64,000 bases of DNA, taken from the NCBI RefSeq assembly GCF_030028105.1, contig NC_092375.1, positions 54,287,130-54,351,129 on the forward strand, written 5' to 3'. How positions within the stretch are numbered: the first letter of the stretch is position 1; each line of letters begins with the position of its first letter. Positions 50,666 to 63,700 of this stretch are shown piece by piece. Below the pieces are notes generated by a model. It had not been told where the DNA came from, searched no databases, and worked only from the letters and a program-made list of their open reading frames with translations. The position numbers and the translations under genes are program-made. Source of the stretch: Mobula birostris. Its lineage: Eukaryota.

Positions 50666-52352
50666 GGTGGTCTGTGTTTACGTTAAATGCAAAAACAGTC
50701 AGGTAAATCCTGTAAAAAGCAGAGAAAATGAACAAAAGTAAAAGAAGAGAAAAACACGGAAAGAACAGGCAAAGCATCAAACATCTCAGTGATTGAAAAG
50801 GAACAATAAGCACCATAGTCTGAGGATGAACTAGATGCTGTATCCCTGACTTTCCCAGGCCCTGTTTGAACAAGGCTCATGCCAAGCAAGGCTTCTTGAG
50901 TATTCAGTGAGGTTGGCTTCAGCTGAAGCCGTGCCACAGGTAGTAGTTCCCAATACAACTACTGAAGGTGGAGGGGTGCAGAGGGAATGAATGAAATATT
51001 GATCTAAGTGTACCTCAAACTGATCCAGTGGGAGCTCGAAGAAATTGTTTCCCTTGGACTGTAGACTGGCATACAGAATCAGTGTTGGACAGGAGACAAT
51101 GATGTTAGTGAATATTGTGAATGCATGCATAAATGTTTTCAAAAGCATCCAGATTAACTCTACAAGTGGGGATGCCCATCCTAATAAATGTTAGGATAAA
51201 TAAGTTGCAGCCTAGATTATAGGAAAACATGTACTGTTACTTGTGTGTTACGAGAAAGTTAAGTAAAATTCCCAGTGCTTTACAATATTGCCAAAAACAA
51301 ATACAACATCAAGGGATTAAAGCTGTTAAGGGGAATGGGGCCAATACTTGTGTGAAACATCCCGAGCTGCTCCACTAAAAACTCTGGGCAATATTATACT
51401 CAACTGCCCTTGCAGTTCATTTGTACCAAGCTCAGCAGGCAGTTAAACACGTTCTCAAAAACCACCCGAGCTAGAAGCTTTCTACAGTTCTTTTAATCTG
51501 AAAAACATCTGACACTGCATAAAGATAAGTAAAATACATATTAGATTCAACATAGAATCATCTAACACCTGAATATACCAATACTATCAATTATTTTCAC
51601 GATCAATTTTAAACAAGTGAATACACTATATTGTGTAGATCAGAGTGAGCCTGTGGCGCAACAATAGCTTCATAGCAATAAATGATAAATGTAATACTTC
51701 TTTCAAAATATGTCTTCTAAATGTTTACCAATGTTAAGAAAGCTTATGACTCACAGATATTGATGTTTCAAGGGCAAATGAAGAGCGGGTGGAGATGGCT
51801 ATCTTTCTGCACCACGTTCTTCAAGCCAATAACTGAATTAACCTTTGCAAAAAATAATAAAGTAAAAAAAAGATTAGATTAGATTAGAATATGAGGATAC
51901 AGTCTTCTTTTATTGTCATTTAGTAATGCATGCATTAGGAAATGATACAATGTTCCTCCAGAATGATATCACAGAAACACAAGACAAATCAGAAATGATG
52001 TTCATACAAAATGAACAATGCTTCTAGAAACCAAAACACACAGTCCTGGCATCCATGGGATGTCAGGTTAACTACTGAAACTAAAAGGCGTATAGTCATT
52101 TCATTAAGTCTTTGGCAAAAGAAGGACTTGAAAACAGTCTTACCACACAGGACAGTCCTTAACAATTCTTGCTTCGAAAATGTCGCCCTTGATGACACAC
52201 TTGCTCGTGGCAGTGTCTGATGAGCAGACCGGTGACACAGTGCTCACCCAGAAGGACACTTGGTGAGGTAACTCTGAAGTGAATTGTGCTCTCCTAATAC
52301 ATCCTCCAACTCATAGTAATTCTTCAGAGTCAACAGGGTTCATTAAGGTAAT

Positions 52353-55289
52353 CACGCGGAATTCTGCAGATGCTGGAAATTCAAGCAACACACATCAAAG
52401 TTGCTGGTGAACGCAGCAGGCCAGGCAGCATCTCTAGGAAGAGGTACAGTCGACGTTTCAGACCGAGACCCTTCGTCAGGACTAACTGAAAGAAGAGCTA
52501 CTAAGAGATTTGAAAGTGGGAGGTGGAGGGGGAGATCCAAAATGATAGGAGAAGACAGGATGGAGCCAAGAGCTGGACAGGTGATTGGCAAAAGGGATAT
52601 GAGAGGATCATGGGACAGGAGGCCCAGGGAGAAGGAAAAGGGGGAGGGGGGAAAAACCCAGAGGATGGGTAAGGGGTATAGTCTGAGGGACAGAGGGAGA
52701 AAAAGGAGAGTGAGGGAAAGAATGTGTGTATAAAAATAAATAACGGATGGGGTACGAGGGGGAGGTGGGGTATTAGTGGAAGTTAGAGAAGTCAATGTTC
52801 ATGCCATCAGGTTGGAGGCTACCCAGACGAAATATAAGGTGTTGTTCCTCCAACCTGAGTGTGGCTTCATCTTTACAGTAGAGGAGGCTGTGGATAGACA
52901 TGTCAGAATGGGAATGGGATGCGGAATTAAAATGTGTGGCCACTGGGAGATCCTGCTTTCTCTGGCAGACAGAGCGTAGGTGTTCAGCAAAACAATCTCC
53001 CAGTCTGCGTCGGGTCTTGCCAATATATAGAAGACCACATCGGGAGCACCGGACGTGGTATATCACCCCAGCCGACTTACAGGTGAAGTGTCGCCTCACC
53101 TGGAAGGACTGTCTGGGGCCCTGAATGGTGATGAGGGAGGAAGTGTAGCACTTGTTCCGTTTACAAGGATAAGTGCCAGGAGGGAGACCAGTGGGGAGGG
53201 ATGGGGGGGACGAATGGACAAGGGAGTCGCGTAGGGAGCGATCCCTGTGGAAAGCTGAGGGGAGGGAGGGAAAGATGTGGTGGGATCCCGTTGGAGGTGG
53301 CGGAAGTTACGGGATTTAATATGTTGGACCTGAAGGCTGGTGGGGTGGTAGGTGAGGACCTGGGAACCCTTTTCCTAGTGGGGTGGCTGGAATGAATAGC
53401 CTCATCCTGACAGCAGATGTGGCAGAGATGGAGGAATTGCGAGAAGGGGATGGCATTTTTGCAAGAGACAGGGTGAGAAGAGGAATAGTCCAGATAGCTG
53501 TGAGAGTCAGTAGGCTTATAGTAGACATCGGTAGATAAGCTGTCTCCAGAGATAGAGACAGAAAGATCTAGAAAGGGGAGGGAGGTGTCAGAAATGGACC
53601 AGGTAAACTTGAGGGCAGGGTGAAAGTTGGAGGCAAAGTTAATGAAGTCAACGAGCTGAGCATGCATGCAGGAAGCAGCGCCAATGCAGTCGTCGATGTA
53701 GCGAAGGAAAAGTGGGGGACAGATACCAGAATAGGCACGGAACGTAGATTGTTCCACAAAACCAACAAAAAGACAGGCATAGCTAGGACCCATGCAGATG
53801 CCCATAGCTACACCTTTAGTTTGGAGGAAGTGGGAGGAGCCAAAGGAGAAATTATTAAGAGTAAGGACTAATTCCGCTAGACGGAGCAGAGTGGTGGTAG
53901 AGGGGAACTGTTTAGGTCTGGAATCCAAAAAGCAGCGGAGAGCTTTGAGACCTTCCTGATGGGGGATGGAAGTATATAGGGACTGGACATCCATGGTGAA
54001 AGTAAAGCGGTGGGGGCCAGGGAACTTAAAATCATCGAAAAGTTTAAGAGTGTGAGAAGTGTCACGAACATAGGTAGGAAGGGATTGAACAAGGGGGGAT
54101 AAAACCGTGTCGAGGTATGCCAAAACGAGCCGTATCTGCTCTCAGGATGAGGCTTTTCATTCCAGGACGAGGGAGATGTCCTCCTTTTTTAAAGAAAGGG
54201 GCTTCCCTTCCTCCACCATCAACTCTGCTCTCAAATACATCTCCCCCATTTCATGCACATCTGCTCTCACTCCATCCTCCCGCCACCCCACTAGGAATAG
54301 AGTTCCCTTGGTCCTCACCTACCACCCCACCAGCCTCTGGGTCCAACATATTATTCTCCGTAACTTCCGCCTCCTCCAACGGAATCCCACCACTAAGCAC
54401 ATCTTTCCCTCCCCCCCTCTCTTTCCGCAGGGATCGCTCCCTACGCGACTCCCTTGTCCATTCGTTCCCCCCATCCCTCTCCACTGATCTCCCTCCTGGC
54501 ACTTATCCTTGTAAGCGGAACAAGTGCTACACTTCCTCCCTCACCACCATTCAGGGCCCCAGACAGTCCTTCCAGGTGAGGCAACACTTCACCTGTGAGT
54601 CGGCTGGGGTGATATACTGTGTCCGGTGCTCCCGATGTGGCCTTCTATATATTGGCGAGACCCGACGCAGACTGGGAGATCGTTTTGCTGAACACCTATG
54701 CTCTGTCCGCCAGAGAAAGCAGGATCTCCCAGTGGCCACACATTTTAATTCCACATCCCATTCCCATTCTGACATGTCTATCCACGGCCTCCTCTGCTGT
54801 AAAGATGAAGCCACACTCAGGTTGGAGGAACAACACCTTATATTCCGTCTGGGTAGCCTCCAACCTGATGGCATGAACATTGACTTCTCTAACTTCCGCT
54901 AATGCCCCACCTCCCCCTCTATTTGTCTATTTATATACACACATTCTTTCTCTCACTCTCCTTTTTCTCCCTCTGTCCCTCTGGCTGTACCCCTTACCCA
55001 TCCTCTGAGTTCCCCCCCCCTCCCACTTTTCCTTCTCCCTGGGCCTCCTGTCCCTGATCCTCTCATATCCCTTTTGCCAATCAACTGTCCAGCTCTTGGC
55101 TCCATCCCTCCCCCTCCTGTCTTCTCCTATCATTTTGGATCTCCCCCTCCCCCTCCCACTTTCAAATCTCTTACATAGCTCTTCCTTCAGTTAGTCCTGA
55201 CGAAGGGTCTCGGTCTGGAACGTTGACTGTACCTCTTCCTCGAGATGCTGCCTGGCCTGCTGCGTTCACCAGCAACTTTGATGTGTGTT
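52353..55289. mobile_element. Head-to-head Penelope-like element with 15-bp TSD
   Basis: TSD GTTCATTAAGGTAAT (52338-52352, 55290-55304). Minus arm ~52353-54130 has RT (QTKGVAMG, LRYIDD; 53161-54123), GIY-YIG (52773-53099) and pLTR. Plus arm ~54131-55289 has the RT C-terminus, GIY-YIG (GVIYCVRCSRCGLLYIGETRRRLGDRFAEH) and pLTR. Confidence 0.95.
52448..52483 (-). ncRNA. Minimal type I hammerhead ribozyme motif in Penelope pLTR
   Basis: Minus strand AGTC-CTGACGA-AGGGTCTCGGTCT-GAAAC-GTC-GACT: intact CUGANGA and GAAA core, GUC triplet, stem I AGTC/GACT, palindromic ACGT stem III. Confidence 0.7.
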
Positions 55290-57549
55290 GTTCATTAAGG
55301 TAATGTTAGATTGGGAGAAGTTCCTGTTTTGTGATGCACTGTACTTTCTCTGCATAAGCTTGTCTTTTGAACAGCAAACAGGATTGTAACCTATTCCCGA
55401 TTCAGTTTCTCTGTGCTGAGAGGTTGCTTACAAATGTGCCAACCATCCAAAGGCTGACTTTGGCTAATCCTACAATATTCACTGTCGTATAGAAACTACT
55501 CCCATAGGGTCCGAAGTGACTTTTGCACCCATTCTCCAGGACATTAGTCTTAAATACGCTGACAGTACGCTGATGAGCACAATCAAGGGAGACCGCATTC
55601 TCTATGACCCAACCAGGTCCAATATTTGTGCGTAAGGTGCATAGTGAACTAATGCACTGTCCACGTACCTTATGTCCCTCCCAAGCAACAGAGTCATTAG
55701 TCGCTGGAATGTCTGTGCTGAATTTTTCAGCTCAAGTAGCATGCACAGAAACTCAAGTAGGCCAAACAGGGTTCTAACAGCAATTTTGAGAATACGTATC
55801 CCCAGTGCCCACAGGCACTTGATGGTAGCTCCTGAGTAAGACCACTTTAGAAAAAAATACCTTTCTGGCGAAGCGTGCTGAAAAGTGTTGGTGGGACTGG
55901 GTAATGACTGGGGGTGGTGGTGATTGCCGCATGGACAGCAACCAAGATTGGGCTTCGGGACCATGTGAAGGGGTGAAGCCCAAGGGCTTTTCATCCTGCG
56001 TATAATGCCAAGCATTTCCATGTTAACAAACTCAGCCTTCATGCTGGCCAGCTTTTCTGAGTCCAGCCTATGCACATGGACCAGTCAGTCAGCTGTGGAA
56101 ATGTAGTGCTCAACCCCAGGCTATGTAACTCTGGTACAAAATGGGGACTTGCTGAGGTTTGAGAATATGCCCAGCAGATGGGTAGTCACTTATGGTGGTC
56201 CATGCACTAGACAGAATTGTTGTGAGAAACTTACTGGGTCTATAGGGTAATGACCCAGAGCTCGTTGTGTCCACAATTTGGCAGTTCCTAAGATCTACTC
56301 ACCGTGTTTTGGTGCACAGGAAATATGCATAGAGCAGAGATCCAGCAACTTTAGCAAGATAAAGTTCATATGCAGCATTGACCACTGAAGCAAAGCATCA
56401 CGCGTTATGTCCCATAAGTCCGGATCCAGCTGCCGTTAGCGGCCTCCAGTGAGGGTCCTTTGTTCTCTACCTTTTAATCAATGGTCAATACTGGCAGCAA
56501 AGTTACTTGAGTGCATGTGTCACACAGGAAGCCTCACCTGAAAAGGTGTCCTTAATGAACAGCAGACTATCCTGGCAGCTATCCATGGAGTTCTCAGACC
56601 TCTGATGTCCCAATGCGCCTAGCACTGTCAAAGCTGTCACTTATTGGCATTCATGCTGAAGCGAGCATGTTAAAAACATAGACCTGGTATTGTCTGGTTT
56701 GGAGCCGTGGGCATGAGTCTGCTGGAAGGTCTGCTGACAGGGCTTATTGAGACAGGTAAAGAAGGAGGGACAATGCACCTCTGTCTGCCTAAGAAAGTCC
56801 ATTAGAGCAAGTTCCCCATCATCCTTCACGACTATTCAAATTTGATCAGGCAAAAAAGCTCTTTAAAAATAAAATATGGATGGTGATTGCCTAGTAGAAG
56901 TAGCACATAGTCTGTTAGTTCTGAAGGTCTAACATCATCCAGGCTGGGCAAATTGATCCACTGTTTGCTGTGCTCGGACTTAGACAGTTCAAAAGTCTGT
57001 AATGGGTGAGTTTTCAGAGTGACTTATTTATCAGTTGCAGGTGGGTCTTCTAGTAGACTCACCACTCTGGCTGCAGAGGAACTACTCAGCAATGCTATGG
57101 CATAGTAAGATCTGGTATGTCTGTGGGGATTTCTCAGTGCAAACTGGGCTTCTGTCTGTGCAAACATGTGGATGTATGCTGCTCCCAAAATTCCAGCAGC
57201 TTCAAACTGACTGCATTGGTTGACATATCATTGAGTAACTCCGGAATTATCCAAGTGTCAGGGTCACCAATGTAGGATTTTGTGAATAAAACGTGAATAA
57301 TGAAGGCCCACTTACCATATGCCTTCTTAATCACCTTATCAACTTGTGCGACAACTTTATGGGATCTATGGACATGGAATCCAAGGTCGTTCTCTTGTGT
57401 CACACTGCTAAGGATCCTGCCATTAACCATGTACTCTACCTTCAGGTTTGACCTTCCAAAGTGTATCACTTCAAACAACAAGCAACAGAACTCCCCAACT
57501 TCCAGAGGGCCAAATTACGCACAGCTCTTCCATATGAATGAGCATTTGG

Positions 57550-59800
57550 CAGAATCAGAATCAGTGGCATATGTTGTGAAATTTGTTGGTTTGCAGCAGT
57601 AATACAATACATAATAATAAAAAACTATAAATTACAACAAGATATATATATATATATATATATAAATTTATTTTAAACAAGTAGTGCAAAAAGAGAGCAA
57701 AAAAACCGGGGCAGTCTGTGTGGTTTATTCTTCATTCTGAAATCTGATGGTGGAGGGGAAGAACCTGTTCCTGATACACTGAGTAGGTGTCTTCAGGCCA
57801 CTTTGCTCATCCTTAATGGTAGAACTGAGAAGAGGTCATATCCAGGATGATTAGGGTCCCGACTGTTGGATGCCGCCTTTTCGAGACATCACCTTTTGAA
57901 TATGTCCTCAATGCTGGGAAGGCCAGTGCCCGCTCAGGAGCTGGCTGAATTTACAACTTTCTGATCCTGTGCAGTGGCCCATCCATACCAATTAGTGATG
58001 CGACCAGTTCGAATGCTCTCCATGGTACGTCTATAGAAATTTGCTAGAGTATTTGGTGACATACCAAGTCTTCTCAAACTCCCAGTGAAATACAGCTGCT
58101 GTTGTGCTTTCTTTGTAATTGCATCAATATGTTGGGCCCAGGATAGATCTTCAGAGATGTTGACACCCAGGAACTTGAAACTGCTTACACTTTCCATTGC
58201 TGACATGTCGATGAGAACTGGTGTGTGTGCCCGTGATTTCCCCTTCCTGAAGTCCACAACCAATTCCTTGGTCTTACTGACATTTAGTACAAGGTTGTTG
58301 CAATACCCCTCAACCAGCTGATCGATATCACTCCTGTACACATCCTCATCACCATCTGAAATTCTGCCAACAATAGTTATGTCATCGGCCCACTTATAGA
58401 CAGACTTTGAGCTGTGCTTAACCACACAGCCATAGGCATAATGAGAGTGAGCAGTGGGATAAGCACGCAACCTTGAGGTGTGCCATTGTTGATTGTCAGC
58501 AAGGAGGAGATGTTATTTTTGGCCCACACTGACCGTGGTCTCCTGATGAGGAAGACAAGGTTGCAGCTGCAGAGAGGAGTACAGAGGTCCAGATTTTAGA
58601 TTTAGATTAGATTAGATTAGATTCAACTTTATTGTCATTGTGCGGAGTACAGATACACAGCCAATGAAATACAGTTAGCATCTGACCAGAAATGCAAAGA
58701 ATAGTGTTGTTTACAAAATAACTGTGAATAAAAAGTAAGTGCTACAGCACACAAATATAAAAGTACTGAGACAGTACAATATGGATGCAATACTGCTTAG
58801 CGCTGTGATGTGAGTTTTATCAGGGTCACAGCCAAAGGGAAGAAGCTCTTCCTGTGCCTGCTGGTGTGGGAGCAGAGGCTCCTGTAGTGCCTACCAGATG
58901 GGAGGAGAGTAAAAAGTCCATGGTTAGGGTGAGATGCATCCTTGATAATGCTTTTCGCCTTATCCAGGCAGCATTTATGGTAGATGTTCTCAATGGTGGG
59001 CAATTGGGTGCCGATAATCCGCTGGGCAGTTTTCACCACATGCTGGAGTGCTTTGCGGTCCGATACAGGACAATTGCTGTACCACACTGAGATGCAGTTG
59101 GTGAGTATGCTCTCAATGATACAGCGGTAAAAGTCCATCAGTATCCTGGGACAGAGGTGAGTTTTCTTGATGCTCCGCAGGAAATAAAGGCGCTGTTGTC
59201 CCTTTTTGATCAGGATGGAGGGGTTCAGGGACCAGGTGAGATCCTCGGAAATGTGGACACGAAGGAACTTGAAGCTTGTTACATGCTCCACTAGCATGCC
59301 TGAAGTCCACAATGATCTCCTTGGTCTTCTGGGTGTTAAGGGCCAGGTTGTTGTCGGCACACCACACGGCCAGGTGCTGGACCTCGTCCCTGTAGGCTGT
59401 CTCATCATCCCCTCTGATCAGGCCGACAACCATGGTGTCATCTGTGAACTTGATTATGGAGTTAGAACCCTGTACAGGAACGCAGTCATAGGTGAAAAGG
59501 GAGTACAGAAGAGAGCTCAGCACACAGCCTTGAGGCACGCTGATGTTCAGGGTGAGAGTGGAGGAGGAGAGGCTGTCTAACTTAACTGATTGGGGTCAGT
59601 TAGTCAGTCTGTTAATCAACAAGCTCCAGAAATCTTGGAGCTTGTTGATTAGAACTGACAGTATGATTGTGTTGAATGTTGAGCTGTAATCAATAAACAG
59701 CGTGTCAGGGGCGTTGCTATTGTCTTGGTGATCGAAGGCTGAATGGAGAGCCAGTGACTGGGAGACTGCTGGGGTGGATTTATCAGCTGCTGTGAGGCTC
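57550..59800 (-). mobile_element. Rex1/Babar LINE (RT) with a second Rex-type LINE nested at ~58596-59580
   Basis: ORF 57934-58470 (YKWADDITIVGRI..NLVLNVSKTKELVVDFRK); nested ORFs 59113-59538 (PQGCVLSSLLYSLFT..KFTDD) and 58797-59408; tails (AGAATC)n and (AGATT)n. Confidence 0.88.
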
Positions 59801-60329
59801 GAGGCAGTTTTTTCTGAGTGGGAACTTCGTCTGCAGCTCTGGTGCAATGTTATGATCACAATGCATGTTCTATGTTCACTCAGCATACAGGAAATAAATC
59901 ATACTTTATTGCATGCTGAGCACTGATATTACCTAGTATAGATAATAGTTTTTCAACCACAATATGTTTGCATCTTTCAGAGAAATCAGAATGTTTGAGT
60001 TAAATGCCGTAGTTTAACACACAGATTGCCCTTTGTTGACCTATGTTTTATTTAAATATATTGTTGGGTGATCACATTTCCAACTTACAAATTCTTCAGG
60101 TTACAACCCAGCTTTCATGAACAGAACGCTGTCATAACCTGACACTGGAGCCAAAGAAGGCAGTACTAGACCACAACCAGGAGAGGTCACTATTGTAACG
60201 ATTGACCTGACTGAAGTCAGCAAAGTAACTTCAGGTAAGCTAAGAACTGCAGAAAAAAAAGTTTAGACCAATAAACTGATGTTGCCGAGAGCAGATGAGG
60301 GGGGAACAAAAGGAAAGCAGCAATTGTAA

Positions 60330-60645
60330 TGGCTGCAGCCTGGATTAGAAAGACCCTGGTATGAAAGTATCATGGGAAATACCTCAAGGAAGGCAGAATA
60401 TAAATCATTCCTCCAACAGACCTGGTGGGGGCCAGGACTGGGTAGACATGCAGGGAGATTCTTTTAGCTGTGTGTCATATTCATCCGAGCACTAGCAAGA
60501 GAGAGATAAAAGTAGAATTCAGCGTGACCACAGAGCCCCTACAAAGTCTACAAATGGATTTTGCCAGACCCTTGGAAAGTGGAGGAAACTGGTACTGGTT
60601 GGTAGTCACAGAGGATTCCGCCACTCGGAGAAAACATTTCTGATA
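60330..60645 (+). mobile_element. Possible endogenous retrovirus-like integrase relic
   Basis: Frameshifted QTWWGPGL..C and QSLQMDFARPLESGGNWYWLVVTEDS resemble the integrase H2C2 region and first catalytic Asp (LQMDF..PL..G..Y.LV.VD). Confidence 0.45.
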
Positions 60646-60730
60646 TGAAATTGTGCTTCTGGCACTATAGTGTGGATTATTCTTCAGAAAATCATTCCAT
60701 CAGGATGGATTTTGGTTGGAGATTATTTTA

Positions 60731-63700
60731 TGTCATATAACTTAATTCATAATAATAATTATTTACAAGAATAAACCACGCAATGCCTTTTAGATTAGAT
60801 TAGATTAGATTCAACTTTATTGTCATTGTGCCGAGTACAGATAAAAAGCCAATGAAATACAGTTAGCATCTGACCAGAAATGCAAAGAATAGTGTTATTT
60901 ACAAAATTCACTGCGAATAAAGAAAGTGCTACAGCACACAAATATAGAAGTACTGAGATGATACAATACGGATGCAATACTGCTTAGTGCTGTGATGAGA
61001 GGTTTTCATTCTTACATTAATGAATGGTAGTGGTAGTTGATAGGGTTATTCCCATTCCACTCAGTTAGCCGCTCCCACATGGGTGGAGTTCACATCATGT
61101 ACAAGTAGGGATCATTAAAGTTCAGTTAAATATACTGCATGCTGGCGTCCTGGTATGCTCTGCACTGTCCCTCAATATCGAATAGAACATGGTGTCAGAA
61201 GTGGTTGATCGTCAATGCTGCACACCAAATGAGATCTCCATCATGAAAGGGATTACAGTAGTACTGTTCTTGTTCCCATATATCAATGAAAAACATCCAG
61301 AGACTATCAACCTGAACTGTTGATGCTAGTTTGCTAAGTTGTATACACCAAGAGGCTTGAGCTGTAATAATCTGTGGCACACAAGCCTGGTGAATTACAC
61401 AGATGCAGCAGAGAAGTCAGTCAAATTCTCAGAGAGAGAAAAGAAGCTTTTCTAGTCCAAGTAAATAAAATAATAAATAAATAAACAGGAAAATGGAGCA
61501 AATACCTGCAGGTACCTGCTTATCTACTTCCCTAATAACCCCCCCCCCCCAAGATATTTGATTTTTCTAAACCAGGGGACATTGAGAGATGGCTCAGACA
61601 CTTTTAGAGATTTAGAGTTGCAAGCAATCTCACTCAGGCTTCAGAAGAGCATCAAGTAAGCACACTGATATACTGCATTGGTGACAAAGCAGATGATATC
61701 ATGGGTGGATTGGGACTGATGGATGTTCAGAAAAAAAAGTACAAAACAGTGCAGGACAAATTCAAAGAATATTCCACAGGAAAGCAAAATGTGATTATAT
61801 GAGAGGGCAAAGTTCAACTCCAGAAAACAGGAGTGAGATGGAAGTTAAAATGACTTCATCACAGCATTTTATGTTCTGTCAGACAACTCTGCAAATGAAA
61901 ATCTGAGATATGAGTTCATTAGAGACAGGATTATTGTCAGGCTACTAGACACCAAATTGTCAGAGAGACTTCAGTTGCAGGCAAATCTCACACTAGAGAA
62001 AGTCATGACTATGGTCAGGCGGAGTGAGAATGTTTATCAGCAACAGGCAGAACACAGGCAGAAAATTATGCCAAGGCAAAGATAGAAGCTGTACAAAAAG
62101 AATGGTACAAACAAATTGCAGTCAGAAAGGCTGCAGAAAAAGGTGACAGGAGAATACAGCTCAAACAAAACAGACAAGCAAAACAAAGAGCAGCAGAAAA
62201 TGTCCAACTGCAGGAGATGTGGCAACTCTTCATTCCATGTCAAAGAGCTCTGTCCAGCAAAAGAAGAGAAATGCCACCAATGCAATAGAGATGGTCATTA
62301 TAAAAGCCAGTGTCACTCCAAAACAGTTCTTCAGGAGGTCATAGAAGGCCATAATTCAGATGAACAAAGAGCTTTCATTGGGGTTTTAGATTCAAATAGA
62401 CAGGGCTGGTGTACTATAGTTCAGTTGCAAAATGAGGCTGTGTCGTTCAAAATAAACACTGAAGCAGATGTCACAGCCGTCCCCACATGTCAGTTCATAA
62501 AACTGGCGAGAAAAAACAGGCTTTACGCTAAACTTAACAAAGAAAATGCTCATGAGGCCAGGGAAACATAAGCTCAGTGTGAAAAGAATGTTCACTACTT
62601 CCATCTGTAAAATGATTAGCAGTTAAAAGAGGATATCTATGTTGTTCAGAATCTCTTCTCACCACTACTGGGACAACATGCCATCAAGAAGCTAAACCTC
62701 ATTACGAGGTTGGATTGGTTAAATAATGTTCAAGGCAGAACAAGTACCAGGAGTTATTCACAAGCCTGCGATTACTGAAAGAAGAGTACCTTATCCAACT
62801 GGGGCCAGGAGTGACGCCCCACTCTCTTACCACAGCAAAGCATATAACCGTCCCATTGATGAACAAAGTTAAAGCTGAACCTGAGAGATTGGAGGCACTC
62901 GATACCATAACTAGAGTGAATGGACCTACTGAGTAGTGTGCACGCATTGTCCCTGTTCAAAAGCCAGATGAAACAATTCTGCATTATTCACTGCAAGATT
63001 GAATAATGCCGTGAGGTGGGAAAAAATTATTCTGCCCTCTGAGCACACATTGGGTATGCTGGGTGGGGAAAAGTTCTTCAACAAACTAGATGCAAACTCA
63101 GGGGTTCTGTCAGATCTGTTTAGCTTCTGAGTCACAGTAGCCCATAACCTTTATCACACCATATGGGCTCTATGCCTTCAAGAGATTCCCTTTTGACATC
63201 TTATCAGCCCTTGAACCCTTTCAAAGTTTGGTTCATCCTCATCTGGAGGGACTGGAAGGAGTCGTCTGCCACATGGACGATATATTCTTCTTCAGAGGCA
63301 CAAGTGAGGAACATGACAAAAGAGTGGAAGCTGCCTTGGAGAAACTGAAACAGGCCAGAAACAGCCTGAACAAATAGAAATGTGAAAGTTCAAAGTTGAA
63401 GTTCTGAGGGCACAAACTGTCCTCAGATGGGGTCCATCCAGATTCAGACAAACTGGCAGGAGTTCAGAACAAGGAACAGCCTACAAATGTATTAGACAAT
63501 AGACAATAGGTGCAGGAGCAGGCCATTCGGCCCTTCGAGCCAGCACCGCCATTCGCTGTGATCATGGCTGATCACCCACAATCAGTATCCAGTTCCTGCC
63601 TTATCCCCATAACCTTTGATTCCGCTATCTTTAAGAGCTCTATCCATCTCTTTTTTGAAAGCATCTAGAGACTTGCCCTCCACAGACTTCTGGGGCAGAG

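Larger units (their letters stand above)
51634..57300 (-). mobile_element. Gypsy/BEL-Pao chimeric LTR element, copy B, split by the Penelope insertion
   Basis: tRNA-Trp-type PBS TGGTGACCCTGAC (~57257-57269); gag ATG at 57226 (MSTNAVSLKLLEFW..FAQTEAQFALR); RT N-half (SPWASPLHMVPKP..FSKV..YHQVPV..AQTFQRLM, 55602-56075); the same junction to BEL pol (GWHICKQPLSTEKL..VQ..YAEKV..HCHEQVCHQGRHF); LTR ending at 51634. Confidence 0.8.
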
